Numbered from the stretch's first letter, positions 31,893 through 41,594 are shown. The stretch is DNA of 64,000 bases from Acidimicrobiia bacterium (GCA_965203555.1 CBDBCY010000004.1:192001-256000); one strand, 5' to 3'. A program made the numbers and translations. The notes: generated by a model not told the origin, from the sequence alone.

Positions 31893-32312
31893 CCGGGCTT
31901 TCCCACTGATCGTGGAGGGTTGGTTGGTGGGTTTTGGTAGTTGATGGGGCTGGTCATGTCGAGGTGGAGTGGAGTCGGTGGTGGTTGCAGCAGGTGTGGA
32001 TCCAGTTGGCGATGTCCTGTCGGGCCTGGGTTCTGGTGACGTACCGGCGGTCGACGAGGCGTTCTGTCTGCAGGGGTGGAGAAAACGACTCGGCCGCGGG
32101 GCTGTCCAACGCTGAGCCTGCTCTTCCCATGGACTGGACGATCCCCAGCCGGGTGCAGGCCTTGACGAAGGCGTGGCGGTGTGTTGTCTGCCGCGGTCGG
32201 TGTGGAAGATCACTTTCCGTACGGTGCCGCCGCGGGTGCCCACGGCCATGTTGATAGCGGCCTGGGCCAACTCGGCGGTGGGATAGTTGTCGCTTGGATC
32301 GAATCCCAGCAT
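31893..32312 (-). mobile_element. IS3-family transposase (OrfB) C-terminal remnant, frameshifted
   Basis: VIFHTDRG then shifted QSMGRAGSALDSPAAESF...NHHRLHS integrase-core motifs. Confidence 0.8.
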
Positions 32313-32339
32313 GCACCGGATACGGGGGAACTCTAAACT

Positions 32340-33563
32340 CTATTGTCTTTGTTTTATGGGCTGTCGGCGTTTGCGGGTGGGTGGGCGGCGGTAGCGGTTG
32401 GGGGTACGGCGGGGTGGGTTCCAGTCGGTGGTTGGTGGGCGGCGGAGGGTGTACGTTCCGGTGGGAGTTCTGTGTACTGTCCAATCCTGGTCGTGTACTT
32501 TGTGGTGGCATCTGCTGCACAGAAGACACATGTTGTCCAGGTTGGTGGGGCCCCGATCTTGCCAGTGGACGATGTGGTGGGCCTGGCACCAGGAGGCTTT
32601 GGCGCCGCAACCGATGCAGTGTTTGTCGCGGGCGACGAGGGCGGCCCGTTGGGAACCGCTGGCTGTCCGTCGGGCTCGTCCCAAATCCAGCGGCACCGAC
32701 GAACCTGAGAATATGGCGGGGAGTATCTGAGCGTCGCAGGCCAACTGGCGCAGGGTACGGGCAGGCAGGGGGGTTCCGTTCTCGAGGCGAGGGTTGCCCA
32801 ACTGTTTGCTGATCGTGTCGTAGTCGGCGATCAACAACAGCCTCACGCCCTGGGAACCGCCATCTTCTCCTTCCCGAGTGAGGAGCTTGGCTATGGCGTC
32901 GGCCATCCGCTGACCCGCAGTAGCCCGATCGGTGGGGTCTTCTTGGTGCCATAGTTGTTTCATCATGTGAGACACCGCCGTCTCGACCCGGGCACCGGTG
33001 ACCGGGTCGAAACGCCCATACAACACGGTCATCCCGTCGTCTTGGCCGGTGGTGATCTTCGCGAACCGCCGGGACCGCTGATGCTCCAACCTCGACACAC
33101 CATCATCCTCTGAACGCTTCTGTTCGTGTTTGCGTACCATGACCGCGAACTTGTCAGGAGACTGGGAACGGGCACCGTCCAACAACTCGTCCTCGACGAT
33201 GGTTCCCCTCTGGTTAGCGCCCGCCAAAATACGCACGTTGTCAGCAGAGATCTCTCCCTTTTGGAAACCCTCCCTCGTTTTGGGCAGTTCCTCCAACCCC
33301 CGGGCGGTCTCCACCTCAGACCGGGCCTTCCGACGGCCCAACAGCCCGTCCTCCCGCAAAATCGTCTCCACCTGCTCTGTTCCCTGGCGGCGGCGCAACT
33401 CCGACACCGCCTGGGCGCGGACCGCCGCCACCTGGTTCTGGACGCGGATGGTGGACTGTATACGCTGTTTCAGCTCTTCAACCGACGCCTCAACGACCGG
33501 GATGGTGGGTGACAGGAGCTTGGCCAGGTTGACGGACCGCCGACTGTCGACTGCTTGTTTCAT
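32340..33563 (-). CDS. DUF222 + HNH endonuclease (13E12-repeat-like element protein)
   Basis: RQLACDA, LDLGR..R, RDKHC..C, CQAHHIVHWQDRGPTNLDNMCLLCSRCHHKVH; likely leaderless ATG 33563. Confidence 0.88.
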   Translation of the reverse strand: MKQAVDSRRSVNLAKLLSPTIPVVEASVEELKQRIQSTIRVQNQVAAVRAQAVSELRRRQGTEQVETILREDGLLGRRKARSEVETARGLEELPKTREGFQKGEISADNVRILAGANQRGTIVEDELLDGARSQSPDKFAVMVRKHEQKRSEDDGVSRLEHQRSRRFAKITTGQDDGMTVLYGRFDPVTGARVETAVSHMMKQLWHQEDPTDRATAGQRMADAIAKLLTREGEDGGSQGVRLLLIADYDTISKQLGNPRLENGTPLPARTLRQLACDAQILPAIFSGSSVPLDLGRARRTASGSQRAALVARDKHCIGCGAKASWCQAHHIVHWQDRGPTNLDNMCLLCSRCHHKVHDQDWTVHRTPTGTYTLRRPPTTDWNPPRRTPNRYRRPPTRKRRQPIKQRQ

Positions 33564-33569
33564 GCTTAC

Positions 33570-33591
33570 AGTATGCACAGGGGGTGTGACA
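33570..33591 (-). promoter_or_regulatory. PafBC/RecA-NDp-like promoter of the HNH gene
   Basis: Minus strand TGTCAC-N10-CATACT-N6-ATG; spacing equals TGTCGG-N10-TANNNT; same layout retained at 23552-23573. Confidence 0.5.
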
Positions 33592-33713
33592 AAACATCAC
33601 CAAGTTGTGAAAACAAACACTAAAACTTTCGCAACGTCCAACTCCGCCCTCACCCGCGGCGCCTCCACAATGTGAACACGCCTTAGAGGTCTCCCCGGGG
33701 AGCGCCCACGACC

Positions 33714-33729
33714 ATTCCACATGTGGAAT
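33714..33729. repeat. Perfect 16-bp palindrome ATTCCACATGTGGAAT
   Basis: Self-complementary sequence near the upstream edge of the HNH element. Confidence 0.8.
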
Positions 33730-33757
33730 TGTGTTTTGTCAGGCCGAGGAAGGAGGC

Positions 33758-33796
33758 CGGGTAGTCAGAGTGGCCTGGTGGATTTCTGACTACCCG
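33758..33796 (-). terminator. Stem-loop downstream of the uracil permease gene
   Basis: 12-bp stem CGGGTAGTCAGA/TCTGACTACCCG. Confidence 0.5.
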
Positions 33797-33834
33797 AACA
33801 GGATGAAAAGATTCTTCGCTCGGATATTTCCTAT

Positions 33835-35028
33835 TTAGGAGTCGTCGCTGGGAAGCACCAGGTTGAGCACCACTCCCACCACTGCGGCAAGAGCCAGGCC
33901 GGAGATGGCCACTCCGCCGATCTGGAGGTTCTCAAGCCCCGAGGTTCCCAGTCCCAGGACCAGAATCACCGCTACCACGATCATGTTGCGACTCTTGGAC
34001 ATCTGCACTTGGCTTTCCACCAGGGTACGAAGGCCCACTGCGGCGATCATGCCGAACAACACGATGGAGAGTCCTCCCAGCACGGAGAGGGGTATGGATT
34101 GCAAAACGGCCGCCACTTTGGGGATGATTCCCAAAATGATGGCCACTACGGCCCCGATGCGCAGGACGGCGGGGTCATAGACCCGGGTTACCGCCAGGAC
34201 CCCGGTGTTCTCCGAGTAGGTGGTGTTGGCGGGGCCGCCGACCAGACCGGCGACGAAGGTGGCTGCTCCGTCACCCAGAAGGGTCCTGTCCAGGCCCGGC
34301 TCCTTGAAGAAGTCCTTGCCCACTACTCGACCGTTGGTGATTATGTCTCCGACGTGTTCGATCATCGTGACGAGTGCCACCGGTGCGATCAGGGCGATAG
34401 CGCCCCACTCGAAGGTGGCGACGGTGAACTCCGGCAGGCCGATCCAAGCTGCATCGGCCACCGGGTCGAAGTCGACCTCGCCGGCGATGGCGCCAATCAC
34501 GTACCCGACGACCGCGCCGGTGAGGATCGGCAGCATCTTCCACAGACCTTTGAGGAAGATGGCTGCCGCGACCGTTACCAGCAGGGTGAGAATGGCCAAC
34601 CACCAGTTTGCATTGGACATGTCGATGGCCACGGGCGCCAGGGTGATCCCGATGATCACGATTATGGGTCCGGCCACCACCGGGGGAACCAATCTCTTGA
34701 TCTTGTCCGATCCTATGAACCGGACAATCACTGAGACGATCCCGTACACCACACCGGCGGCGGCGATGCCCCCGACGGTGGCTGACATGGAGAATCCCTC
34801 CGTGTTGAGGCTGGCGACGATCGGTGGGATGAAGGCGAATGACGATCCCAGGAATACGGGGACCATCATCCTGGTGAGCAGATGGAAGATCAAAGTACCT
34901 ACACCAGCGGCCAGCAGCGCTACCGAGGCGTCCAATCCGGTCAGAAGGGGCACCAGCACGGTGGCGCCGAACATGGCAATGGTGTGCTGAACCCCCAAGA
35001 CAACTTTGCGTTGCGTGTTGAGTTCCAT
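33835..35028 (-). CDS. uraA: Uracil permease, NCS2 family
   Basis: QHTIAMFGATVLVP, FLGSSFAFI, EHVGD, GPANTTYSEN (UraA signature); GAGGAGGA RBS. Confidence 0.9.
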   Translation of the reverse strand: MELNTQRKVVLGVQHTIAMFGATVLVPLLTGLDASVALLAAGVGTLIFHLLTRMMVPVFLGSSFAFIPPIVASLNTEGFSMSATVGGIAAAGVVYGIVSVIVRFIGSDKIKRLVPPVVAGPIIVIIGITLAPVAIDMSNANWWLAILTLLVTVAAAIFLKGLWKMLPILTGAVVGYVIGAIAGEVDFDPVADAAWIGLPEFTVATFEWGAIALIAPVALVTMIEHVGDIITNGRVVGKDFFKEPGLDRTLLGDGAATFVAGLVGGPANTTYSENTGVLAVTRVYDPAVLRIGAVVAIILGIIPKVAAVLQSIPLSVLGGLSIVLFGMIAAVGLRTLVESQVQMSKSRNMIVVAVILVLGLGTSGLENLQIGGVAISGLALAAVVGVVLNLVLPSDDS

Positions 35029-35174
35029 TGTTTCCTCCTCTCTGGGGAACCGTACGTACATATCCCCCGGCTCCCTCAACGCTCTAGGCAGGGGAAGCCA
35101 GAGCAACGGAAAATCCCCTAATGGCATGCCTGCTTCCTGTGGCATGCTGGTCTCCTATGGTAGGCTGTGATGCG

Positions 35175-36416
35175 ATGAGGTCACGGCATATCCGCCTAAC
35201 TTCTCACATGGACAGTCACGGGCCTCAACCACTGTCCATTCGCTGGGGAGAGGCCACTGCCGCCGCCAGGGGACCCGTCATCGCAACGCTGAGCAATCTT
35301 GCACATCGCAATGTGGTGGGAACTCACAGCGGTGCCTACGCGATATATCGAGCGGTTTCCATCGCGCAGGGAAAACTGGACCGTGATTACCGGGCGGATC
35401 TCACCAACACTGCGCCCACCCGCCGCATCGGACCGCACCCCGCCTGGACCGAGCCTGGCAGGATCGTCTCCCTGGATCCGTGGGGTGCGATGACCGCCGA
35501 GTGCTTTGCGGATCTGCTGGCGGACGGCTACGACATCCGCCCCACCATCGCCGTCACCTCGGCTCACATTTTCATTCCCGAATTGAAGGACGCTATCGAG
35601 AAGGGACGGATCGTCCCCGACGGAGTCCTGTGTCTGCCGGACGGCTCCTGCCGGGTCACCAAGGCGGCCATCGAACCGGTCTGGCATCTTCCCGGCCTGG
35701 CGGACAGGTTTGATGTTGCCGAGCGGGATCTCCGCAGGATTCTTTTCGAAGAGACCGCGGGCATGTTCCCGGAGTTGGTCACCCGGTCGGACCTGGAAGT
35801 GTTCCTTCCGCCCATCGGAGGACAGACCATCTACATCTTCGGCGATCCGCGCAGCCTGGCCGACCCCGACCAGACGCTGGTGGGCAGAGTCCATGACGAG
35901 TGCAACGGTTCGGACGTGTTCGGGTCGGATATCTGCACTTGCCGACCCTATCTGGTGCACGGAATCGAAGTTTGTATCCAGACCGCTTCCCAGGGAGGAG
36001 CGGGGTTCATCGTCTACAACCGCAAGGAAGGCCGGGCGCTGGGAGAGGTCACCAAATTCCTGGTCTACAACGCTCGGAAGCGGCAGGAAGGCGGGGATCG
36101 CGCCGATGCCTATTTCACGCGGACCGAATGTGTGGCGGGGGTGCAGGATGCCCGCCACCAGTTGCTGATGCCCGACTCCCTGCACTGGCTGGGCATCACC
36201 AGGATCGACAAGTTCGTGTCCATGTCCGACGACAAGTACGGGGCCATCACCGGCTCGGGGATAGAAATCGGGGAGCGGGTCTCCATCCCTGCGGAACTGG
36301 TGCCCGCCGATGCCTGGGTGGAACTGGACGCCAAGGTGGCGGCCGGCTATTTCAGCGAAGAGGACCCTCCCGACCGGATGGAACTGGCCAAAGCCAAGGG
36401 ACGCTCACTGCATTGA
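35175..36416 (+). CDS. GTP cyclohydrolase II-like protein, URC1 type
   Basis: N-terminal HIRLTSH...RNVVGTHSGAY extension; RVHDECNGSDVFGSDICTCRPYL, RKEGRALG. Confidence 0.88.
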   Translation: MRSRHIRLTSHMDSHGPQPLSIRWGEATAAARGPVIATLSNLAHRNVVGTHSGAYAIYRAVSIAQGKLDRDYRADLTNTAPTRRIGPHPAWTEPGRIVSLDPWGAMTAECFADLLADGYDIRPTIAVTSAHIFIPELKDAIEKGRIVPDGVLCLPDGSCRVTKAAIEPVWHLPGLADRFDVAERDLRRILFEETAGMFPELVTRSDLEVFLPPIGGQTIYIFGDPRSLADPDQTLVGRVHDECNGSDVFGSDICTCRPYLVHGIEVCIQTASQGGAGFIVYNRKEGRALGEVTKFLVYNARKRQEGGDRADAYFTRTECVAGVQDARHQLLMPDSLHWLGITRIDKFVSMSDDKYGAITGSGIEIGERVSIPAELVPADAWVELDAKVAAGYFSEEDPPDRMELAKAKGRSLH

Positions 36417-37579
36417 CCGTCCCGGATTTGGCCCGCCTCCGCCATCCTGACACTATCAGAAGCCAAGCCGAACGGATTCTTGCGCTCGCTGACCGACAGA
36501 AGTTGCAACGGTGGCGGATCGACCTGGAAAGGCTCCCGAATCTGGGCCGCCTGGTCGGTGAAGTGACCCGAAACCGGTACCCGGACCTGAAGGTGCCGCT
36601 CCACGGCCGCCGTCTCCACTTCAGAGTGGGGGACGTCGATCTGTGGCACAGACGCCCCCGCCCCGTCGACCGGGATGAAGCCGGCAGGTCCGACGTGGAA
36701 CTCATCGTGGTCTCGGTGCTGCTCGACGGGGGCAGCGGGGCCCGGTGGCGATACGCCGATTCGCAGATCCCGCAGGAGTTGAGGCGTTCGGAGGGACTGG
36801 CCGCAGCCAGCTTCCGGGCCTGGAAGAGGGGGGTGTTCTCCGATAGCGGTCTTCCGCGCGCCGATTCACGCGCGCTTTCCAACCTCGCCGACGGTGATCT
36901 GGCCGCCGCCTTTCAGGTAACACGGGACAACCCGTTGGTGGGGGTGGAGGGAAGGGCCGGACTGCTGAGAGCCTTGGGTGAAGTTTCGTCCGGTTGGCCC
37001 GGGCAGCGGGTGGGCGGTCTCTACGATCTGCTGGTTGACCGGTCCTCGGCCGGTGACCGCCTCTCGGCGGTGGCCCTGTTGAGGACTCTCTTGGAGCATC
37101 TGTCGCCTCTCTGGCCCGATACCACGGTGGCGCATGGCGAATTCCTGGGCGACGTCTGGCCCTATGCCTCCCTGGGACTGGTGCCTTTTCACAAGCTCAA
37201 CCAGTGGCTGGCCTATTCGCTGGTGGAACCGCTCGGCGCGGCCGGAGTCACGGTCACCGACGTGGACCGATTGACGCCCCTGGCGGAATACCGGAACGGG
37301 GGGCTGCTCATCGACGGCGGTGTCCTGACCCCCGTGGCGCCGCGATGGCAGACCGTCCGCCATCCGGTTTCCTCTCCACTGGTGGTGGAGTGGCGCGCGC
37401 TGACCGTGGCCCTGATCGACCGTCTGGCCGAGATGGTGCGGGAAGAACTGGGTGTGAGCCTCACCATGGCCCAGATTCTGGAAGGTGGAACCTGGGCGGC
37501 CGGAAGGAAGCTGGCCGCGGCGGGCCGCCCGGACCGCCGCCCGCCGGTCAGGGTGATCAGCAACGGGACTATCTTCTGA
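36413..37579 (+). CDS. URC4/urg3-family (DUF1688) protein
   Basis: VSVLLDGGSG, RSEGLA, NPLVGVEGR, VPFHKLNQWLAYSL, EYRNGGL, VEWRALTV, ILEGGTW, ISNGTIF; TTGA overlap with the upstream gene. Confidence 0.85.
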   Translation: MTVPDLARLRHPDTIRSQAERILALADRQKLQRWRIDLERLPNLGRLVGEVTRNRYPDLKVPLHGRRLHFRVGDVDLWHRRPRPVDRDEAGRSDVELIVVSVLLDGGSGARWRYADSQIPQELRRSEGLAAASFRAWKRGVFSDSGLPRADSRALSNLADGDLAAAFQVTRDNPLVGVEGRAGLLRALGEVSSGWPGQRVGGLYDLLVDRSSAGDRLSAVALLRTLLEHLSPLWPDTTVAHGEFLGDVWPYASLGLVPFHKLNQWLAYSLVEPLGAAGVTVTDVDRLTPLAEYRNGGLLIDGGVLTPVAPRWQTVRHPVSSPLVVEWRALTVALIDRLAEMVREELGVSLTMAQILEGGTWAAGRKLAAAGRPDRRPPVRVISNGTIF

Positions 37580-37581
37580 CC

Positions 37582-38229
37582 ATGGCATCCCGGGCGTCCA
37601 ATTCCCAGGTCCACCTGATCGATCATCCCCTGGTCCAGCACAAGCTGACCCTGATGAGAAAGCGCGAGACCAGTTCCAGCGCCTTCCGCCGGTTGGCTTC
37701 GGAGATCTCGGGTCTTCTGGCCTACGAGGTGACTCGTCACCAGCCGTTGAAGCCCACCCGGATCAACACTCCCCTCAAAGCCATGACCGCTCCGCTCCTG
37801 GACGGGAAAAAGCTGGTGGTGATCTCCATCCTGCGGGCCGGCATCGCCATCGCCGACGGGATCGTGGACGCCATCCCCTCGGCGCGGATAGGGCATATCG
37901 GCCTGTACCGGGACCGGAGAACCGAGATGACGGTGGAGTACTACTTCAAGGCGCCTCGGAACATGTCGGATCGCACCGCCCTGGTGGTGGATCCCATGGT
38001 GGCCACCGGGCACTCGGCGGAGGCTGCTATCGCCCGAGTCAAGGGCACCAGCCCCAAGGAACTGGTGTTTATCTGCCTGATCGCTGCGCCGGAGGGAGTG
38101 GAGTACCTGCACAAGTATCACCCCGATGTGCCGATCTACTGCGCGGCGGTGGACGAAGGACTGGATCCCTCCGGTTACATTGTGCCCGGTTTCGGCGATG
38201 CGGGCGACCGGATCTTCGGCACCAAATAG
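37582..38229 (+). CDS. upp: Uracil phosphoribosyltransferase
   Basis: HPLVQHKLT, ILRAG, VDPMVATG, YIVPGFGDAGDRIFGTK. Confidence 0.97.
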   Translation: MASRASNSQVHLIDHPLVQHKLTLMRKRETSSSAFRRLASEISGLLAYEVTRHQPLKPTRINTPLKAMTAPLLDGKKLVVISILRAGIAIADGIVDAIPSARIGHIGLYRDRRTEMTVEYYFKAPRNMSDRTALVVDPMVATGHSAEAAIARVKGTSPKELVFICLIAAPEGVEYLHKYHPDVPIYCAAVDEGLDPSGYIVPGFGDAGDRIFGTK

Positions 38230-38295
38230 GGGAGTGGCGCCGCGGCGGGGAGGAACTTGAACCCGCACGGGGTCGGCGGAGGGGACCTTCGCCTT

Positions 38296-38778
38296 CTAGT
38301 CGGCCTTGTTGACCAGGTGAGTGGCGGCGTTGTCGAAGTGGGCGAACATGTCGTCCCGAATCTGGGCGGGCAGCGGACGGCCGGTGCCGTCGGCCAGGAC
38401 GGCGCGGTCGAGCGAGGCTGTCATGTGGGTCATCCACGCCTCCCGTTCGGCCCGACCGATGGTGAAGGGCAGGTGGCGCATCCGCAGACGCGGGTGGCCC
38501 CGGGTTTGGCTGTAGCGCGGCGGGCCGCCCCAGTACTGGGCCAGGAAGCCCGACAGGCGAGCCCGGGAGGGCCGCAGGTCCTTGGGGTACATGGGCCGCA
38601 GAAGGGGATCGTTCTCCACCGCGTCGTAGAAGCGGTTGACGAGATCATCGAAGAAGCGCTGTCCTCCCACCGCCTCGTACACGGTCAGAGGAGCGTCCAT
38701 CGCCTCTCGCAGAGACCCTCGCAGAGTCACCCCCGCCGGACGACCATCGTCGCTGTTCGTGTTGTCCGGTTGGCTCAC
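38296..38778 (-). CDS. Group II truncated hemoglobin (GlbO-like); start uncertain (38778 or 38700)
   Basis: YEAVGG, LVNRFY, FLAQYWGGP..YS..RGHPRLRMRH. Confidence 0.88.
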   Translation of the reverse strand: MSQPDNTNSDDGRPAGVTLRGSLREAMDAPLTVYEAVGGQRFFDDLVNRFYDAVENDPLLRPMYPKDLRPSRARLSGFLAQYWGGPPRYSQTRGHPRLRMRHLPFTIGRAEREAWMTHMTASLDRAVLADGTGRPLPAQIRDDMFAHFDNAATHLVNKAD

Positions 38779-38929
38779 GACCCCCCAGCCTGTTGACCTT
38801 GAGTGTATTGACCAGATCTTAGGCATCGACTCCGACACCGTGAAGAATCAGGGCTAGAGTGGGGTGGAGACCAAACAGGACGTAGCCCGCGCCACCCTGT
38901 GGTTCGGGGTGGAGAAGGCAGGTGCGACC

Positions 38930-39844
38930 GTGTCGACAGCCATAGAGACCACGGGTCTCACCAAGTACTACGGGGACACGGCGGGAATCGTCGATCTGGA
39001 CTTGGCGGTGGAGGTGGGTGAGGTGTTCGGTTTCATCGGTCCGAACGGGGCGGGCAAGACCACCACCATCCGCCTACTGCTGAATTTCCTTCGGCCTTCA
39101 GCAGGTTCGGGGTCCATCTTCGGTATGGACATTTGCGACGACTCGCTGGAGATTCGCAGCCGGGTCGGGTACCTGCCCGGCGACCTGGCGCTATACCCGT
39201 CCATGACCGGCAGGGAGTTTCTGCTTTATTTCAGCAGGTTGAGAGGTATCGACACGGCCGCCGCCACCAACAGGTTGGCGGAGCGTTTCGACCTGGACCT
39301 GGACCGGCGTATCAAGGAGTACTCGAAGGGCAACCGTCAAAAAGTCGGGGTGGTCAACGCCTTCATGCACGAGCCGGAACTGTTGATCCTCGACGAGCCC
39401 ACCGGTGGTCTCGACCCCCTGATGCAGCAGGAGTTCGCGGAGTTGCTGGCCGAGGTCCGAGGGGAGGGACGGACGGTGTTTCTGTCCTCCCACTACCTCC
39501 CGGAGGTGGAGCGGGTGGCGGACCGGGTGGGGATAGTCCGCCGGGGCCGCCTCATCGACGTGGACACCCTTTCGGGGTTCAGGTCGAAGGTCCAGTCCAA
39601 CCTGTCCATCAAGTTCGGCGCACCCGTCGACCCCGACCCGTTCGCCGCCATCGAAGGCGTGACCGTCATCGATCTTCTCGACGGCGGCACCCTCCTGCGG
39701 CTCAGCATCGCCGGATCCCAGAAGGCGGTGATCGCGGCGGCCGCTGCCGGCGACGTGATAACCGTCACCTCCGAGGAAGCGGACCTCGACGAAGTGTTCC
39801 TCTCCTACTACGGGTCCGCCACCCAGCCGGGCCCGGCCGGCTGA
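38930..39844 (+). CDS. ABC exporter ATP-binding protein
   Basis: GPNGAGKTT, YSKGNRQK, LILDEPT, LSSH. Confidence 0.93.
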   Translation: MSTAIETTGLTKYYGDTAGIVDLDLAVEVGEVFGFIGPNGAGKTTTIRLLLNFLRPSAGSGSIFGMDICDDSLEIRSRVGYLPGDLALYPSMTGREFLLYFSRLRGIDTAAATNRLAERFDLDLDRRIKEYSKGNRQKVGVVNAFMHEPELLILDEPTGGLDPLMQQEFAELLAEVRGEGRTVFLSSHYLPEVERVADRVGIVRRGRLIDVDTLSGFRSKVQSNLSIKFGAPVDPDPFAAIEGVTVIDLLDGGTLLRLSIAGSQKAVIAAAAAGDVITVTSEEADLDEVFLSYYGSATQPGPAG

Positions 39845-39848
39845 CCGC

Positions 39849-41525
39849 ATGACTTCCGCCATCCTCGGCAAGACCCTGCGTGACCGGCGGCGGGCGGTCA
39901 TGGGGTACGGCCTGGGCATCGCGGCGCTCGCCGTGTGGTTGGGGTTGCTGTTTCCGTTGATGCGGGAGTCCGACGACTTCATCGCCTTCATGGACAATCT
40001 CCCCTCGGGGATGCTGTCGGCATTCGGGATAGACTCCGCCACCTTTCTCTCCGCGGCCGGCTTTCTCACCGCCTACCTCTACTCCCTGTTCGCGCCGCTC
40101 TTCATTCTTTTCTTCGTCATCAGCGCGGCCGGCGCCGAGATCATGGGCGAGGAACGGGACGGTCTGATGGATATGTTGCTTTCCCTGCCGGTGTCCCGGA
40201 CCCGGGTCTTCCTGGAGAAAGCGGCGGGCGTGGGACTGGCGGCCCTGGCGCTGGTGGCTGTCCTGACCGCGGCTCTCCTGGTTGTGAACCCCATCTTCGA
40301 TTTGGCCCTGTCGATGACCGGTGTGCTGGCCGCCGGTCTCTCCCTCTGGTTGCTGGGGATCTTGTTCGGGTCGGTGACGCTGGTGGCGGGTACATTCACC
40401 GGGCGCGGAGTGGTGGCAGGCGGAGCGGGAGGTTCCCTGGCGTTCCTGGCCTGGTTCATCACCGGTTTCTCCGACCTGTACCCTCCTCTGCAGAGCATCA
40501 ATGGTGTCAGTCCGTTCACCTGGTACCAGGAACCCAATCCGCTCGTGGTGGGAGTGGGCGCCGGGCACCTGTGGCTTGCGCTAGCCGCTGCAGCGCTCCT
40601 CACGGTTGCCGGTTTCCTGTTCCACCGTCGTGACATCGCCACCGAGCGCCCTCTGGTTCCCAGGATCAGGGCCACCCGCCGTTCCCGTGCCCGGAAGCGG
40701 CGAATCCGGGCGGCATGGTTGCTGACCGACTCGTTACGCAAGACCATCTGGGACCGTCGCCGCTCCGTGTGGGGTTGGGGCGGGGGTCTCGGACTCCTGA
40801 CGCTGGTGATGTTCTCCGCCTGGCCTGCCCTGGCGGCAGATGCCGAGGCGCTGGCGGGTCTCATAACCTCGCTGCCGCGAGAGGTTTTCGCCATGTTCGG
40901 CATGAGCAACCCGGAGGCGATAGTCACCGCAGCCGGGTTCATCTCCTCCCGCACCTACCAGGCCATCGGTCCGATCTTGATCGTCATGTTCGTGGTCAGG
41001 GGAGTCTCGATGGCCATGGTCAAAGAGGAGAGCGCCGGTGTTCTCGACCTGGTGCTGGCGGTCCCCACCTCGCCCGGAACGGTGGTTGCCAACAAGGCAC
41101 TGGGAGTGGTGTTCTCGACCGGCCTGGTGGTGGCGATCCTTACCGTTGCAGCGCTGGTGGGAGACTCCGCATGGGAGACGGAACTGGGCGTTGGAAGGAT
41201 ACTTGCCGCCGGAGCGGGTCTGGGCCTTCTCGGTCTGTTCTTCGGCGGGTTGACGATGGTGATGTGGGCGATACGGGGGTCGTCTTTCCCCGCCGTTCGA
41301 GTCACCGCTGTGGTGGCGATGGCCACTTTCCTGCTGAACGGTCTGGGTTCCCTCACCGACGCCCTGGAACCCGCCCGGATGATCTCTCCCTTCTACTGGT
41401 ACTTCGGAGACACCCCGCCACTCGCCAAGGGCTTCGAGCCGACGTACTTTCTGCTCCTCGCCGGCGCCCTCGTCATGGGGTGGGTGGCCATCAACCGGAT
41501 CCCGCGAAGAGACATTGCCGCCTGA
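39849..41525 (+). CDS. ABC-2 permease with two tandem permease halves
   Basis: Repeated KT(L/I)xDRRR...EExxG..D..L..P...SPF(T/Y)WY pattern; many TM helices. Confidence 0.85.
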   Translation: MTSAILGKTLRDRRRAVMGYGLGIAALAVWLGLLFPLMRESDDFIAFMDNLPSGMLSAFGIDSATFLSAAGFLTAYLYSLFAPLFILFFVISAAGAEIMGEERDGLMDMLLSLPVSRTRVFLEKAAGVGLAALALVAVLTAALLVVNPIFDLALSMTGVLAAGLSLWLLGILFGSVTLVAGTFTGRGVVAGGAGGSLAFLAWFITGFSDLYPPLQSINGVSPFTWYQEPNPLVVGVGAGHLWLALAAAALLTVAGFLFHRRDIATERPLVPRIRATRRSRARKRRIRAAWLLTDSLRKTIWDRRRSVWGWGGGLGLLTLVMFSAWPALAADAEALAGLITSLPREVFAMFGMSNPEAIVTAAGFISSRTYQAIGPILIVMFVVRGVSMAMVKEESAGVLDLVLAVPTSPGTVVANKALGVVFSTGLVVAILTVAALVGDSAWETELGVGRILAAGAGLGLLGLFFGGLTMVMWAIRGSSFPAVRVTAVVAMATFLLNGLGSLTDALEPARMISPFYWYFGDTPPLAKGFEPTYFLLLAGALVMGWVAINRIPRRDIAA

Positions 41526-41594
41526 CCCGGGTTATCCACCATTGCTGATGCCGCGCCCGGTGTCTCCCGGCCTGATCACAAAATCGCGGCCGTC

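Noticed and set aside
35175-36416. Riboflavin biosynthesis ribA
   Set aside because: The N-terminal extension and URC4/upp/uraA context indicate the URC1 subfamily.
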